32,000 bases of DNA from Candidatus Heimdallarchaeota archaeon B3_Heim (GCA_003144275.1 NJBF01000032.1:1-32000), one strand, 5' to 3'. Counted from the stretch's first letter, positions 1 to 9,816 are shown. Translations and numbers: made by a program. Notes: generated by a model not told the origin, from the letters alone.

Positions 1-344
1 TTTGCTAGCTATCCATGAAAGCAAGTTAATAGGTTTAAAACTCTTGTTGCTTGCTCTTCTATTGCTAAAAAAAAACCCCTCCCAGTCGAAAAAATTGAGT
101 ATCAATTTTTAGCTAGTTTCTTTTTTTTTTACAGTCTTGGTAAAGAAATGATAAATGTTGATTCCTTATCCATTCCCTTGCTGTAATTTTATCCTATTCC
201 TAAATTAAAAAGAGCTACAAATAAACTAGATAAACTGTACGGATCAGGGATCATACGCCTACTAGCAAAATGCGAACTTTAAATCGATCATTTCAAGAAT
301 GACAAGTAGAAATGAATCTTACGAAATAATTTATCCTAAATGAT

Positions 345-1118
345 TTATTGATCTTGCTCTGCAACAACAGAACGAATTTTTTTCAATTCTGTTAACATTT
401 GCTTTCGCAGAATCGCAATTCCTGTAGCACGATCCTCTTCACGACGTCCACGAACTTGAGCTAATGGATTTGTAGGTGCAGTTTCAGATGGTTGAGCACT
501 TGAAGGGAAAGAAATTTTTGGAATGGATGGTGGTGTTAATGGGCTGGGTGTCGTTGGCTTTTTAACCTCAGGTTGACTGACAGTTGTCTCTGGTTTAGGA
601 CTAGCTGCGGGTAAAGGTTCTGAGGCCGCAGTGGGGAATGAAAAACTGATTGTTGGTGTCGGCTTCTCAACAGGTGCGGGAGTGGGTTCTATAGGTACTT
701 CAGACAATGTAGGAATAGCTTCAGGTGTGACACTAGGGACGGATATGGTCGGTTCAGGCTCACTTGAAGCCACAACTTCAGGAACAACTTCCCTTTCAAC
801 CACAGGTACATGTTTCTTGGCAAAAAGATCTGCTGATTCTTGGCCAAACATCGTACGTACTGTATCAATCTCGGGAATGGTTAGATCACGTATATTCATA
901 AAATTAAATTCTTGAGAAATTCGTTCCAATGTGGTGGACGTAATATAACCTTCCAAAAGGGATTCTTTCAACATCCGTTCGAACCTGAGTACTGCTGTTT
1001 GAAATGCAAATGCTACATGCGAATACTCTTCGAGAGGGAGATCCTTTATTTTTATAGAAGCATTAAATCTGAAATTGGCTGTTTTCTTCTCTTTTTTTCG
1101 TTTAAAAAGTTTGACCAT
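345..1118 (-). CDS. Hypothetical protein: folded N-terminal domain, long Pro/Ser/Thr/Glu-rich disordered linker, C-terminal amphipathic helix
   Basis: 257-aa ORF with protein-like composition. Residues ~105-220 are low-complexity P/T/S/E/V. The C-terminus reads DRATGIAILRKQMLTELKKIRSVV. Confidence 0.8.
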   Translation of the reverse strand: MVKLFKRKKEKKTANFRFNASIKIKDLPLEEYSHVAFAFQTAVLRFERMLKESLLEGYITSTTLERISQEFNFMNIRDLTIPEIDTVRTMFGQESADLFAKKHVPVVEREVVPEVVASSEPEPTISVPSVTPEAIPTLSEVPIEPTPAPVEKPTPTISFSFPTAASEPLPAASPKPETTVSQPEVKKPTTPSPLTPPSIPKISFPSSAQPSETAPTNPLAQVRGRREEDRATGIAILRKQMLTELKKIRSVVAEQDQ

Positions 1119-1422
1119 TTGAGTCGCCCAAATAAAAGTAACTTGTTTATTTAACCGATTATCAACTTAAAAACCTAATTAATATAAATGCGGATAGTTA
1201 GGCTAGGCCATTAATCCGAATAGATTCTATTGTATTTGTAAATCTATGAAGGTTAGAAGTATTAATTAACAACATCATGAGTAGAGGGTTGAATAAGCAG
1301 AAATTCACTAAGCAAAGTTATATAATAGAGGAAAAGGAATTCTTATCTCCTTTTGAGGTAAAATACTTAGAGGTACTAAAAAAATTCTTAATTACTCAAT
1401 AATAAATCAAATATCAAATTAA

Positions 1423-2523
1423 ATGCTTTTTTATGAATTGGATGTCAGCAATGTGGTGAAAGCAAGAGTTATTCTAGTTGGTGTGGGTAATGCAACATCT
1501 GCCTTTGTTCAGGCACTGAAATATTACTCAGAACACGATACATCTGTATTGAAATATGAAACGATTGGGGGAATGAGGTTAGAAGATATTGAAATAGTTG
1601 CTGCTTACGATGTTGTTAAAAGTAAGGTGAATAAAGACTTAAGTGAGGCAATATTTGCTGAACCCAATGTGGCTCCTAAGTTTGTTGAATTTTCATCACC
1701 TTTGGGTATTATAGTCAAAGGAGGGCCTGTATTAGACGGTATTTCTCCCATGTTAGGAGAAACTGTTGAGGTCATTTCACCTCCGTCCAATCAGGATCTC
1801 GTTAAAGAATTTAAAGAAAGTAAAGCTGATATGGTTGTTGCTCTTCTTCCTTCTGGAGCAAAAGAAGCTACGTATGCCTATGCAGATGCTGCAATTGCTG
1901 CAGAAATGGCATTCATCGAAGCATCACCGACCAGAATTTGTTCTGACGATCAGTGGGTAAGAAAATTCAAAAAAGCTAATCTGCCAGTAATTGGTGACGA
2001 TCTTCAATCTCAACTTGGTGGAACAAGAATCCACAAAGGATTGTTGGAGATGCTAGATGCTTTTGGAGCAAAGGTGAAAAACACCTATCAATTAGATGTC
2101 TCTGGGGGTAGTGAAGGAATGAATACTCTATATACAGATCGGAGATTTGAAAAAAGACAAATAAAAACCGAGAGTATAAAACGAGTATTGCCTTACTTGA
2201 AAGACGACGATATAGCTTCTGGAACAACGGATTATCTTGATTTCTTAGGCAATGCCCGAACAGGTTATTTTTGGATTTACGGAAATTACATGTGTGATAC
2301 ACCCTTTAAAATAGACATCACAATCAAGACAACAGATGGACCTAATGCAGCAGGAACACTGGTCAATGTAATTAGAGCCACCAAAATAGCTTTAAATCTT
2401 GGAATAGATGGGCCACTACTCTCAGTGTCTGCTTATGGCTTTAAATATCCTCCAGTTCACGTAGGTGAACAGGATGCAGTGAAACGTTTTGAAGAATTCA
2501 TTGCCGGAGACCGAGCTGACTAA
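1423..2523 (+). CDS. ino1: myo-inositol-1-phosphate (inositol-3-phosphate) synthase, archaeal/actinobacterial type
   Basis: Rossmann start VILVGVGNATSAFVQ, plus IEIVAAYDV, IGDDLQSQLGGT, YQLDVSGG, DYLDFLGNAR and DGPNAAG motifs. The true start may be GTG at 1453 or 1456. Confidence 0.9.
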   Translation: MLFYELDVSNVVKARVILVGVGNATSAFVQALKYYSEHDTSVLKYETIGGMRLEDIEIVAAYDVVKSKVNKDLSEAIFAEPNVAPKFVEFSSPLGIIVKGGPVLDGISPMLGETVEVISPPSNQDLVKEFKESKADMVVALLPSGAKEATYAYADAAIAAEMAFIEASPTRICSDDQWVRKFKKANLPVIGDDLQSQLGGTRIHKGLLEMLDAFGAKVKNTYQLDVSGGSEGMNTLYTDRRFEKRQIKTESIKRVLPYLKDDDIASGTTDYLDFLGNARTGYFWIYGNYMCDTPFKIDITIKTTDGPNAAGTLVNVIRATKIALNLGIDGPLLSVSAYGFKYPPVHVGEQDAVKRFEEFIAGDRAD

Positions 2524-2531
2524 TTACTAAA

Positions 2532-2813
2532 ATGCAACGCGTCCAAATACTAGTCTCTGGGAAAGTACAAATGGTATTTTTTCGGGTGTACACCCAGAAA
2601 TTTGCCCGTGAATTATCTGATGTTTCAGGTTATGTACGAAATCTTCCTGATGGGCGAGTAGAAATTTTGGCTGAGGGATCAAAGGAATCCTTGGCTAAAC
2701 TTGTGAACTGGGCTCAAAAAAAGGGGTCACCAGGTTCTAGAGTCACAAAAACTGATGTCAAGTGGAATGAGATTAAAATCCGTGAGTATTCTGATTTTCA
2801 AATTACCTATTGA
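2532..2813 (+). CDS. acyP: Acylphosphatase
   Basis: VSGKVQMVFFR and GYVRNLPDGRVEILAEG match the acylphosphatase signatures. It starts 8 nt after ino1, so co-transcription is likely. Confidence 0.92.
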   Translation: MQRVQILVSGKVQMVFFRVYTQKFARELSDVSGYVRNLPDGRVEILAEGSKESLAKLVNWAQKKGSPGSRVTKTDVKWNEIKIREYSDFQITY

Positions 2814-3007
2814 AGATCTAGACGAATCCTTGAGTACTTTAAAAAAAACCGATACTTAAATCTCCGCGGTTACAATGTTTTCGGAAATTTTTTAGCGAAA
2901 TAATAAATAATTTGTCCCTTTAATCAATATGGAAACCTTTTTTCTCTATATATCCATCAATAATTGGAATCTTTTTCCAAATAAGGGGATACTGGAAACT
3001 CAGTAAG

Positions 3008-3289
3008 ATGAAACCTTACATCACATTCACACTTGAATTTAAATCTCGTGAAAAAAAAAGCTCCCTCCTTCAATCTTTGATGAGAATCTGTCCATTTGAT
3101 CATCTACCAAGGGAAATAAAGAGAATAAAAGGTAAGAATGCATTTACTATCCAAGTCTTTTTCCAAGATGTTGAATATTTAGAAGCGGTCTATCAACAGC
3201 TCGAAAAACAATCTAAAGATATGAAAGAACAATTAACTGCAAGCACTTATGGTAAAGTTACAAAAATCGAAATAGGAGTGGTTACCTGA
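3008..3289 (+). CDS. Small hypothetical protein, possibly ferredoxin-like/ACT-like fold
   Basis: 93-aa ORF with an apparent beta-alpha-beta-beta-alpha-beta hydrophobic pattern. No family motif recognised. Confidence 0.6.
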   Translation: MKPYITFTLEFKSREKKSSLLQSLMRICPFDHLPREIKRIKGKNAFTIQVFFQDVEYLEAVYQQLEKQSKDMKEQLTASTYGKVTKIEIGVVT

Positions 3290-3312
3290 AGAGAAGAAAA
3301 TAACCTACAGAA

Positions 3313-3924
3313 TTAGTTATCAGATGCCTCGTCATCATGAATATTTTCATCAATTTCAGGAATTACCACAGAAGTGATCCTTTCAAAAAAAGCTAATTCA
3401 TCTATTTGCTGGTAATCTGATAATATAATTGAATTATTCATAATTTTTAAATAGAGCATATTTCCATGATACAAATCATTGTCTAGGATACTTACTTCTG
3501 TATTTTTCGTATCTTGAGAGATTTTAGTGAAAGGAGATTCAAAAGTTAAGAGATAAGAATCTATCATACTGTAATTAGCAGCAGAAAGAATTTCAAAGCC
3601 AATTAAAGTATCATCCATGATCCATAAAGGAATAGCTAACTTTTGGTTTTTCCAGCGGCCAAGAAAAGCTAAATCAACAGTATCTTGGTCAGTTCTGAGA
3701 ATAAAACTGATAGAACAGTCTGTAAAAAAGTGGGATAAGAAATTCCAGAAAAAACCTTTTGCTTGAGATAGATAAACTGGAAGTGGGAGTTCGAAGAGAG
3801 TGGATAATGATGCCCCAAAATCACTCACATCGAACTCCACTAACCAAGAGTGTAAGTCTAAATTTAGATAATCACGGATCGATTGAGGTTCAACCAATTT
3901 GCTTAAAAGTTTCATCGTTTTCAT
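3313..3924 (-). CDS. Hypothetical protein, possible degenerate restriction-endonuclease-like fold
   Basis: 203-aa ORF. The segment TVDLAFLGRWKNQKLAIPLWIMDD resembles PVDILAEKGSLFKKKRIAIWFAMDD in the 10568..11269 protein. Confidence 0.65.
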   Translation of the reverse strand: MKTMKLLSKLVEPQSIRDYLNLDLHSWLVEFDVSDFGASLSTLFELPLPVYLSQAKGFFWNFLSHFFTDCSISFILRTDQDTVDLAFLGRWKNQKLAIPLWIMDDTLIGFEILSAANYSMIDSYLLTFESPFTKISQDTKNTEVSILDNDLYHGNMLYLKIMNNSIILSDYQQIDELAFFERITSVVIPEIDENIHDDEASDN

Positions 3925-4285
3925 CTTCAGTATTCTCTCTGTCTCAGACTCCTTATAAGCTCCCAGAAATCTAGAGAATGAGAGAGGTCTACGAAAATAA
4001 AAAAGGAAGGAAGAGAATGAAGAAAAGACATTTTTTTTGATAGCAAAATTTTTCTAAGTAATCTAAATCCTTACTTGGTTGAAGAATACATTAAGATTGA
4101 CTTTTTCTCACTAGAAACAGAAAATATGTAAACTTGAGGAAATAATTAGATGAGATATTAATAGATCATATAATAAATCTTGAGAAAATGAGGAAAACCG
4201 AAAATGTCAGAAATCCCCACTTTTGAGCATGATACGGGATTCTTAAATACATCGATCTGGGAGTATCCTGAAGATCTCAAGGAGG

Positions 4286-7102
4286 ATGAATACGATTAAT
4301 CTTCCACGAAAAGGAATATTTAGTCTAAGCTTTACAGTCAAAGAGGAAATTACAGTAACTGATTTTTACATGAAATATGAGTTAACTCTAGGAATACATC
4401 CCATAGAATCCTATACCAAATTAATTGAATTAACCCCCTCCGATCTTTTAAGCCCTAAGGATGTTTATTCTGTAATTAATTTAACAAAATATCAACTGGA
4501 AATAATAAAAAAAGAAGAAAATGAAATAAAAGTATCCTCCCGGAAAGAATTATTTCCAAAACCCAAAAATATGAAGCTAGAAGTAAAATTTGATGAGATC
4601 AAGGTAGGTGAAATCAATAATGAGGAAAGAGAAGGGCTAAAAAGGTTCTATGGAGACAGGAAAACTAAATTAAATAGGAGGATTTATTATCAGCGAAATA
4701 AATACATAATTTATGACATAAAGGACAAACATGTTGTTAGAGTAAGAATAAATCAATTTTGGTGGTTGAAAGAGACAGGTATTGACAATCTTATTAGCTT
4801 ACCAAAGCTGGAATATTTGGAAATTACTCGCTGCAAAATACATGATCATTTTAACTTTCCTCCTCAGATAAAGGTACTGATTTTAAGACATAATGAGCTC
4901 AAAGAAATTCCTCCCTCTATCCTAAAATTGAAATCTTTAGAATACTTGGATCTACGAAACAACGAAATAAAAAATCTACCAGTAAACATACGTAATTTAA
5001 AATCTCTTAAAAGCTTAAATATCCAAAATAATCCGCTTTCTGATTTACCATGGGATCTTAGTGAATTTCTGGGAGATCTCAAAATTTTAAGACTTCCCAC
5101 TAACAATCGTCTTAAGTATAAATGGAAGAGCCTAGATAACTTTCTTCGAATATTTTTCTTCATAAGCAAACACTGGAATAGAAGAAATCCTGAAAAAGCC
5201 CCATATACTACATTTCCATATGAAAGGGGACTCAATAGTGAAGGAGAAGTCCGAATAAGCCTCTCTGCTTATGATTATGAGTCGTGGGTAAGAGGAACAA
5301 TACCAACCAAAGAAGCGGATTTCCTACGGGAATTTTACATGCAAAAATTACTTACATCAACTCATTTTAGTTCTTTTCACGAACCAATGTCGGGTCTTCC
5401 CCCGATACAAATCCAAAATGGACACCTTAAGTCTCTAGAACTCTCTCTCTATGGAAAATTGAATATGCCTAAATCAATCGAGAAATTAGAGCACTTGATA
5501 CACTTATCTCTGAAAGGCCCTTGGGGGAAGAAAAAGCATGTTCAATTATCATCAATTTTAAAACTAAAGAAGTTAGAAATCTTAAAGGTTAAAAATATTG
5601 ATCTAAAACAATTACCACAAGGAATAAGTGAATTATCTCGCCTTACCGTATTAGAGCTACGAAATTGCAATTTATGCTCATTACCTAAAAGCCTCGGTAA
5701 CTTAAAGCGAATAACCAAATTAGATATTTCAAATAATAACTTTTCAACTGTCCCTTCTGCCATAGGTGAGTTTAAAGAACTGAGAGAAGTAAATTTCCAG
5801 AAAAATAAACTTAATTCACTCCCTTCATGGTTGGGTGACCTGAAACATCTGGAACAATTATATATAGAAGACAATCAGATCACAGAACTACCTGAGAGTC
5901 TCAATAAATTAAAAAAACTGGACCTTGACTCTGTAAAATCAAAAACGTTGACGAAACAAATTATCATCAATAACCTCACAGAACGATTAAGAGAATTCCA
6001 GCAAACCATACCTAAGCCTAAAAAGAGCGAAAAACGATTCAGCAAAAAAATAATCTACAATATAGTTAAGAACCACTCTAGCTTTTTAGAAAACAAACTG
6101 GAGCCCAATTTAACAATAATTTCTGATGGAGATTACATACTTGTGAGTAAAGGCCCCTCTGAGGTTGTTTACTTACTACCCGTCTTTGAAATCGATCCGA
6201 TTGAGTTTGTTTTTACGAGTGATGGAGAACCAGTAGTCCTACCGTCAAAAATGGACATATCACGAGTGAAAGTAAACATGGATGTTGATTCAGACGAAAG
6301 AGACAATATAAAGAAACTTACTTATACTTTAGTGAAATTTATGTTGGATTTTTGTGGGGTCGGACCCGATTACTGGAGAGTAATTCTAAATGAAGATCAC
6401 TATACAGTTGAAATCATTGAAAGCGACTTCCTCAGAAGTGATTTGTCGAATCTCTGGGAAGATCCATACATCCCACCACAATTACTAAAATTAGAAGATT
6501 ATGACGATAACCTGATCACTATTCACGTTTTACCCTCAAAAAAAGGTCAAGATCCATTGCCGACAAAAAAGGAGAGAAGACCAGAGGGAGAGAAGGTTTG
6601 GGAATTTTCGTACCTAAAAAAGCCATTTGTCATTAAGAAAGAAACTCTATCGCATCGGGAGAGAATACTAGACCTCTGGTATACAGATATGAATAAAGAA
6701 AAAGATTTATCGGATAGTAAATATAAAACGGGACTAGATTGGCTAATTGTGTATAGAAAGGATCGAGACGAAGATGGTTCTGTGCACCATCGCTCGGGCT
6801 CGGTTACTGAAACAAAAAAACTCTTAATTGCAGTTCTGAGGACAGTGAATTACGTTAAAGAAACTAATCTTTTTCTAGATACGACAAATCGACCCCCCAT
6901 CTACCAAGAGGCATTTCATCAAAACTGGGGCCTCCGAAAAAAGAGAGAAGAAGCGTGGAAAAGTTATGGGGCATGTCAGTTATGTCGTGCCATATGCGAT
7001 GTGTTAATGTCTACAAAACAAATTGCTTCATTATTATGCTGCAGCTGTAGAGATTCTACGAGTCCTTGCGTGAAATGTAAGAAGAGAATGGGTGATTGGT
7101 AA
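4286..7102 (+). CDS. Leucine-rich repeat protein with two LRR blocks and an unassigned C-terminal region ending in an 8-Cys cluster
   Basis: Repeated LxxLxLxxNxLxxLPxxI units (e.g. LEYLDLRNNEIKNLPVNI, LEQLYIEDNQITELPESL). The C-terminus is CQLCRAIC-x13-CCSC-x6-CVKC. Confidence 0.9.
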   Translation: MNTINLPRKGIFSLSFTVKEEITVTDFYMKYELTLGIHPIESYTKLIELTPSDLLSPKDVYSVINLTKYQLEIIKKEENEIKVSSRKELFPKPKNMKLEVKFDEIKVGEINNEEREGLKRFYGDRKTKLNRRIYYQRNKYIIYDIKDKHVVRVRINQFWWLKETGIDNLISLPKLEYLEITRCKIHDHFNFPPQIKVLILRHNELKEIPPSILKLKSLEYLDLRNNEIKNLPVNIRNLKSLKSLNIQNNPLSDLPWDLSEFLGDLKILRLPTNNRLKYKWKSLDNFLRIFFFISKHWNRRNPEKAPYTTFPYERGLNSEGEVRISLSAYDYESWVRGTIPTKEADFLREFYMQKLLTSTHFSSFHEPMSGLPPIQIQNGHLKSLELSLYGKLNMPKSIEKLEHLIHLSLKGPWGKKKHVQLSSILKLKKLEILKVKNIDLKQLPQGISELSRLTVLELRNCNLCSLPKSLGNLKRITKLDISNNNFSTVPSAIGEFKELREVNFQKNKLNSLPSWLGDLKHLEQLYIEDNQITELPESLNKLKKLDLDSVKSKTLTKQIIINNLTERLREFQQTIPKPKKSEKRFSKKIIYNIVKNHSSFLENKLEPNLTIISDGDYILVSKGPSEVVYLLPVFEIDPIEFVFTSDGEPVVLPSKMDISRVKVNMDVDSDERDNIKKLTYTLVKFMLDFCGVGPDYWRVILNEDHYTVEIIESDFLRSDLSNLWEDPYIPPQLLKLEDYDDNLITIHVLPSKKGQDPLPTKKERRPEGEKVWEFSYLKKPFVIKKETLSHRERILDLWYTDMNKEKDLSDSKYKTGLDWLIVYRKDRDEDGSVHHRSGSVTETKKLLIAVLRTVNYVKETNLFLDTTNRPPIYQEAFHQNWGLRKKREEAWKSYGACQLCRAICDVLMSTKQIASLLCCSCRDSTSPCVKCKKRMGDW

Positions 7103-7138
7103 TTTTAAATCTTCCATTCCCTATAAAATGATTTGAAA

Positions 7139-7740
7139 ATGGACAATTTCTTGCAAGAAAATGAGTGGGATGCCCATTTGATCCACGACTTGATAATTCG
7201 GAGAGATTAGTTTTTTCCTAATATAGCCCGTTTTTATTAATCCACTGGGATGCTCAGAGTAAAGCCAAGTACATACGGATGAGTAACCATCCTGGAATTC
7301 AGGCAGATCCGACTGTGAGGAAATATACACAAGCTGTAGACCATAAAATCCCAAAAAATCCCACCAAAACCCTCTTCCTGCCCGTCCACGATATCTTGGA
7401 AACGCTGACCTATACCTACATGGAATTACGGCAACAGACCCCAGCATTATTTCCCATGACGGAGACTGGAGAAGTTATCAGTGGGTTTTTTTGCCATGTT
7501 ACGCGCTCTCGAATTTCTGGATGGGGCCGCTCCCCCTCCTCTCCTTTTTCTCCCACCAGCTGTTACATCTAGTCCTATCGGTCAAATTTGTTTCGGACAT
7601 TTCCCTTAGAACGGTTTCGGCAACTATCAGTTGAAGACTGTGAATGTATCCATGCTCAAACCCTCCATCAGGAAAAAGTACGATTAAACACCCACTAATC
7701 TGGTGGCAGGGGGACTTCGTTGATGTATGGTGAGGTGGAC
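7139..7740 (+). pseudogene. Decayed GC-rich reading frame of unknown origin, possibly a mobile-element remnant
   Basis: Protein-like + strand fragments (MDNFLQENEWDAHLIHDLIIRRD*, HWDAQSKAKYIRMSNHPG...TETGEVISGFF, GFFAMLRALEFLDG...) are broken by stops and frame changes. Hand-counted GC over 7381-7740 is ~48%, visibly above the flanks. Confidence 0.35.
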
Positions 7741-7777
7741 TCCCTCATTCACCTATTTTGTCTACAAAATTTGTGTA

Positions 7778-8444
7778 TTATTTTATCCTAAAATACTTCA
7801 GGAAGATGACTATTACCCCTCCACACCCAAACACCAATAATGATCCAAGCATGAATCCTCCATACTCCTCAAAAACATCAGTAGTTGTCGCATTAATCCG
7901 AACGATTTCGTATTCATACCAAAGGGTTGTGCTTTTGTAATGAGCGTGAGAGAACTGTTCTATCCATCCAGTAAGATAATTGAATTCCAGATACTGGCGA
8001 TGGAACATCAGTTCTGCTGGCCAGTAAGCAGTATATTTACTGACGAATTCCCCTTCCACGGTATATCGTAGATTTTCCCAATATGAAGCATTTATCGTTG
8101 TTTTGACAATAGAAAAGAGGGGGTTAATTGGCAAATCTGAAAGTAGCACATTGGAAATCACACTGTTATTACAGGTAATTGTCCCGATAGGTGCATTATC
8201 GTCACTGAGTGAGGTAATTATTAAGCGGATCTCAGTTCCAATTTCTAGCGTTACTGGATAGACCATTCCATCAATAGTTGTAATCCTACTTTTCAGATGA
8301 CTTCTATTTCCTTCAGCTTCGCGATTATAATACTTGGTGAGTCGGTATATTCTACAGTTTCTGATCTTGCCTTCCCATGCCTGGATAGTAAGCCATAATC
8401 ATTATTAGGATCACCAATGAACAGATTAGCGATTTTCGCAACAT
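7778..8444 (-). pseudogene. Frameshifted (or mis-sequenced) single-pass surface protein: signal peptide, extracellular beta-rich domain, C-terminal TM anchor
   Basis: The body frame is open from 8398 to 7778 and ends in a TM helix plus basic tail (GGFMLGSLLVFGCGGVIVIFLKYFRIK). A signal-like MLRKSLICSLVILIMIMA starts at ATG 8444 in a frame offset by 1 nt. The ORF track captures only 7778..8266. Confidence 0.55.
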
Positions 8445-8679
8445 CTTCCCTCACAGTTCACTTAGCATAGTAGATATTCATATGGGTAAAAACCATTAAG
8501 CTTAATAAAGTCAATACTTCCGTGGCTATTAGACATGAGAATCAACCTCGTTAAATAAGTCGTACATAACATTATAAACATCTAAGAATTATAAATATTC
8601 TGATCTAAGGTAAAATATAGAGTAATTCTAATAAAAAAATCATAGAAACCTAGAAATCCGCTAAAAAAAGGTTTAGCTT

Positions 8680-9603
8680 ATGGAAGTCACAAGCGAGTAT
8701 GAATCAAAGGTGGTCTGCGATGGACCATGCCATGTCTGTAAACATTCACGGGAAAAAGACGTTAAAACTCAAGCGGAAGAGATTATTTACTACTGTCGCA
8801 ATTGTCAGGAGAAATATCTCTGTAATGACGTCCTTGGTCGTGATAAACAGAGTTCTGAATATTTATGTCCTAAATGCAACAGTACAATTGCTGAAATTAC
8901 TGTCGATCGAGCTCATCAACTTGGCCTAGCCTTTGGATTTCATTTCTCCCGGTTGTCTCCAAGTGTTAAACCAGTAGATCAAATTAGGAGAAGCTGGTTT
9001 TATTCTACTCAAAGAGAAGTCATTTCGAAAGATTTTGTAAAAGATTTAATCAATTATGAATTGTTAGACACTCCTCAATTACTTGATCTTCTCTTTCACT
9101 CAGATCTCCCTCCTAAACCTTCCGATTGGATCCGAGACAAAAAAGCACTTCTATGGGAGATTTTTGCTAGTAAACCCCAAATTATCAAATCGATCCATAA
9201 CTCATTAATCACCCAATCTGAGAATCGAAAAGGGGATTTAATCATACGTGCAGCAGTAAACTATCGAAATTTCGGCTGTGCGTACTTGAGTGTTATTATT
9301 CCTCCTCCTATTGCTGGGACTGTCGACTTGATTGGAATTGATGAAAATACAGGAGGACTAGTGTGGATTATTGTTCAAGAAAAGTTGATTGATGAGCAAC
9401 TTATTGGTACAATTCTGAATGAGATCTTGAGTATACCTCCACTTGAATTTTTAGGTGTTGAGCGAATCCTAGTACTGACTCAGAAGTGGATCTGGATGGC
9501 CAGTCAAATTGCTCTTCGTCAAGGCCGAATTGCCACTCGCTGGCATCAAATTCAATTAGAAACTTGGGAAGAAGATGCCATAGCTGGTTACAAAAAAATC
9601 TAA
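8680..9603 (+). CDS. Cys8 zinc-finger (RING/B-box-like) protein with C-terminal degenerate PD-(D/E)xK-like domain
   Basis: Cys at 13, 17, 20, 39, 42, 48, 63 and 66, ending CPKCNSTI. The C-terminal TVDLIGIDENTGGLVWIIVQ has the first Asp but no E-x-K. Confidence 0.75.
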   Translation: MEVTSEYESKVVCDGPCHVCKHSREKDVKTQAEEIIYYCRNCQEKYLCNDVLGRDKQSSEYLCPKCNSTIAEITVDRAHQLGLAFGFHFSRLSPSVKPVDQIRRSWFYSTQREVISKDFVKDLINYELLDTPQLLDLLFHSDLPPKPSDWIRDKKALLWEIFASKPQIIKSIHNSLITQSENRKGDLIIRAAVNYRNFGCAYLSVIIPPPIAGTVDLIGIDENTGGLVWIIVQEKLIDEQLIGTILNEILSIPPLEFLGVERILVLTQKWIWMASQIALRQGRIATRWHQIQLETWEEDAIAGYKKI

Positions 9604-9816
9604 GGCTCATATAAAATTATGTTTTTATCCTCATTAAATTTCGATTCATAATGGGAGATAGTAGCTCGTAATTATTTAAGACAAGAATAATGCTTGGTCA
9701 CATTTATATTCCTAAAAGAAACATTTTCTCAATTCAATTCAATTGAAAACCTTTAAATTAAGTTCTGTCCAGTGATATTTTCAAGATATTCTTAAAGGAA
9801 AGTTTATTAGATATCT

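Noticed and set aside
60-135. A/T homopolymer runs near the left edge as a terminator or phase-variable tract
   Set aside because: They are non-coding, over 200 nt from the nearest stop codon, and the flanking gene is outside the window, so no function can be assigned.
4286-7102. Roco (LRR-Roc-COR) or NLR-type protein
   Set aside because: No Walker A or G-box motifs were found outside the LRRs.
7699-7719. Minus-strand CGAAGTCCCCCTGCCACCA resembling a tRNA 3' end/att site or an IS200/IS605 end
   Set aside because: There is no T-loop GTTCRA, no cloverleaf, no complete subterminal hairpin and no tnpA/tnpB remnant I can recognise.
7240-7760. Possible RNase P or SRP RNA, suggested by high GC and GAGGGAGTCCACC on the minus strand
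   Set aside because: The other RNase P conserved regions and the SRP helix-8 motif were not found on either strand.
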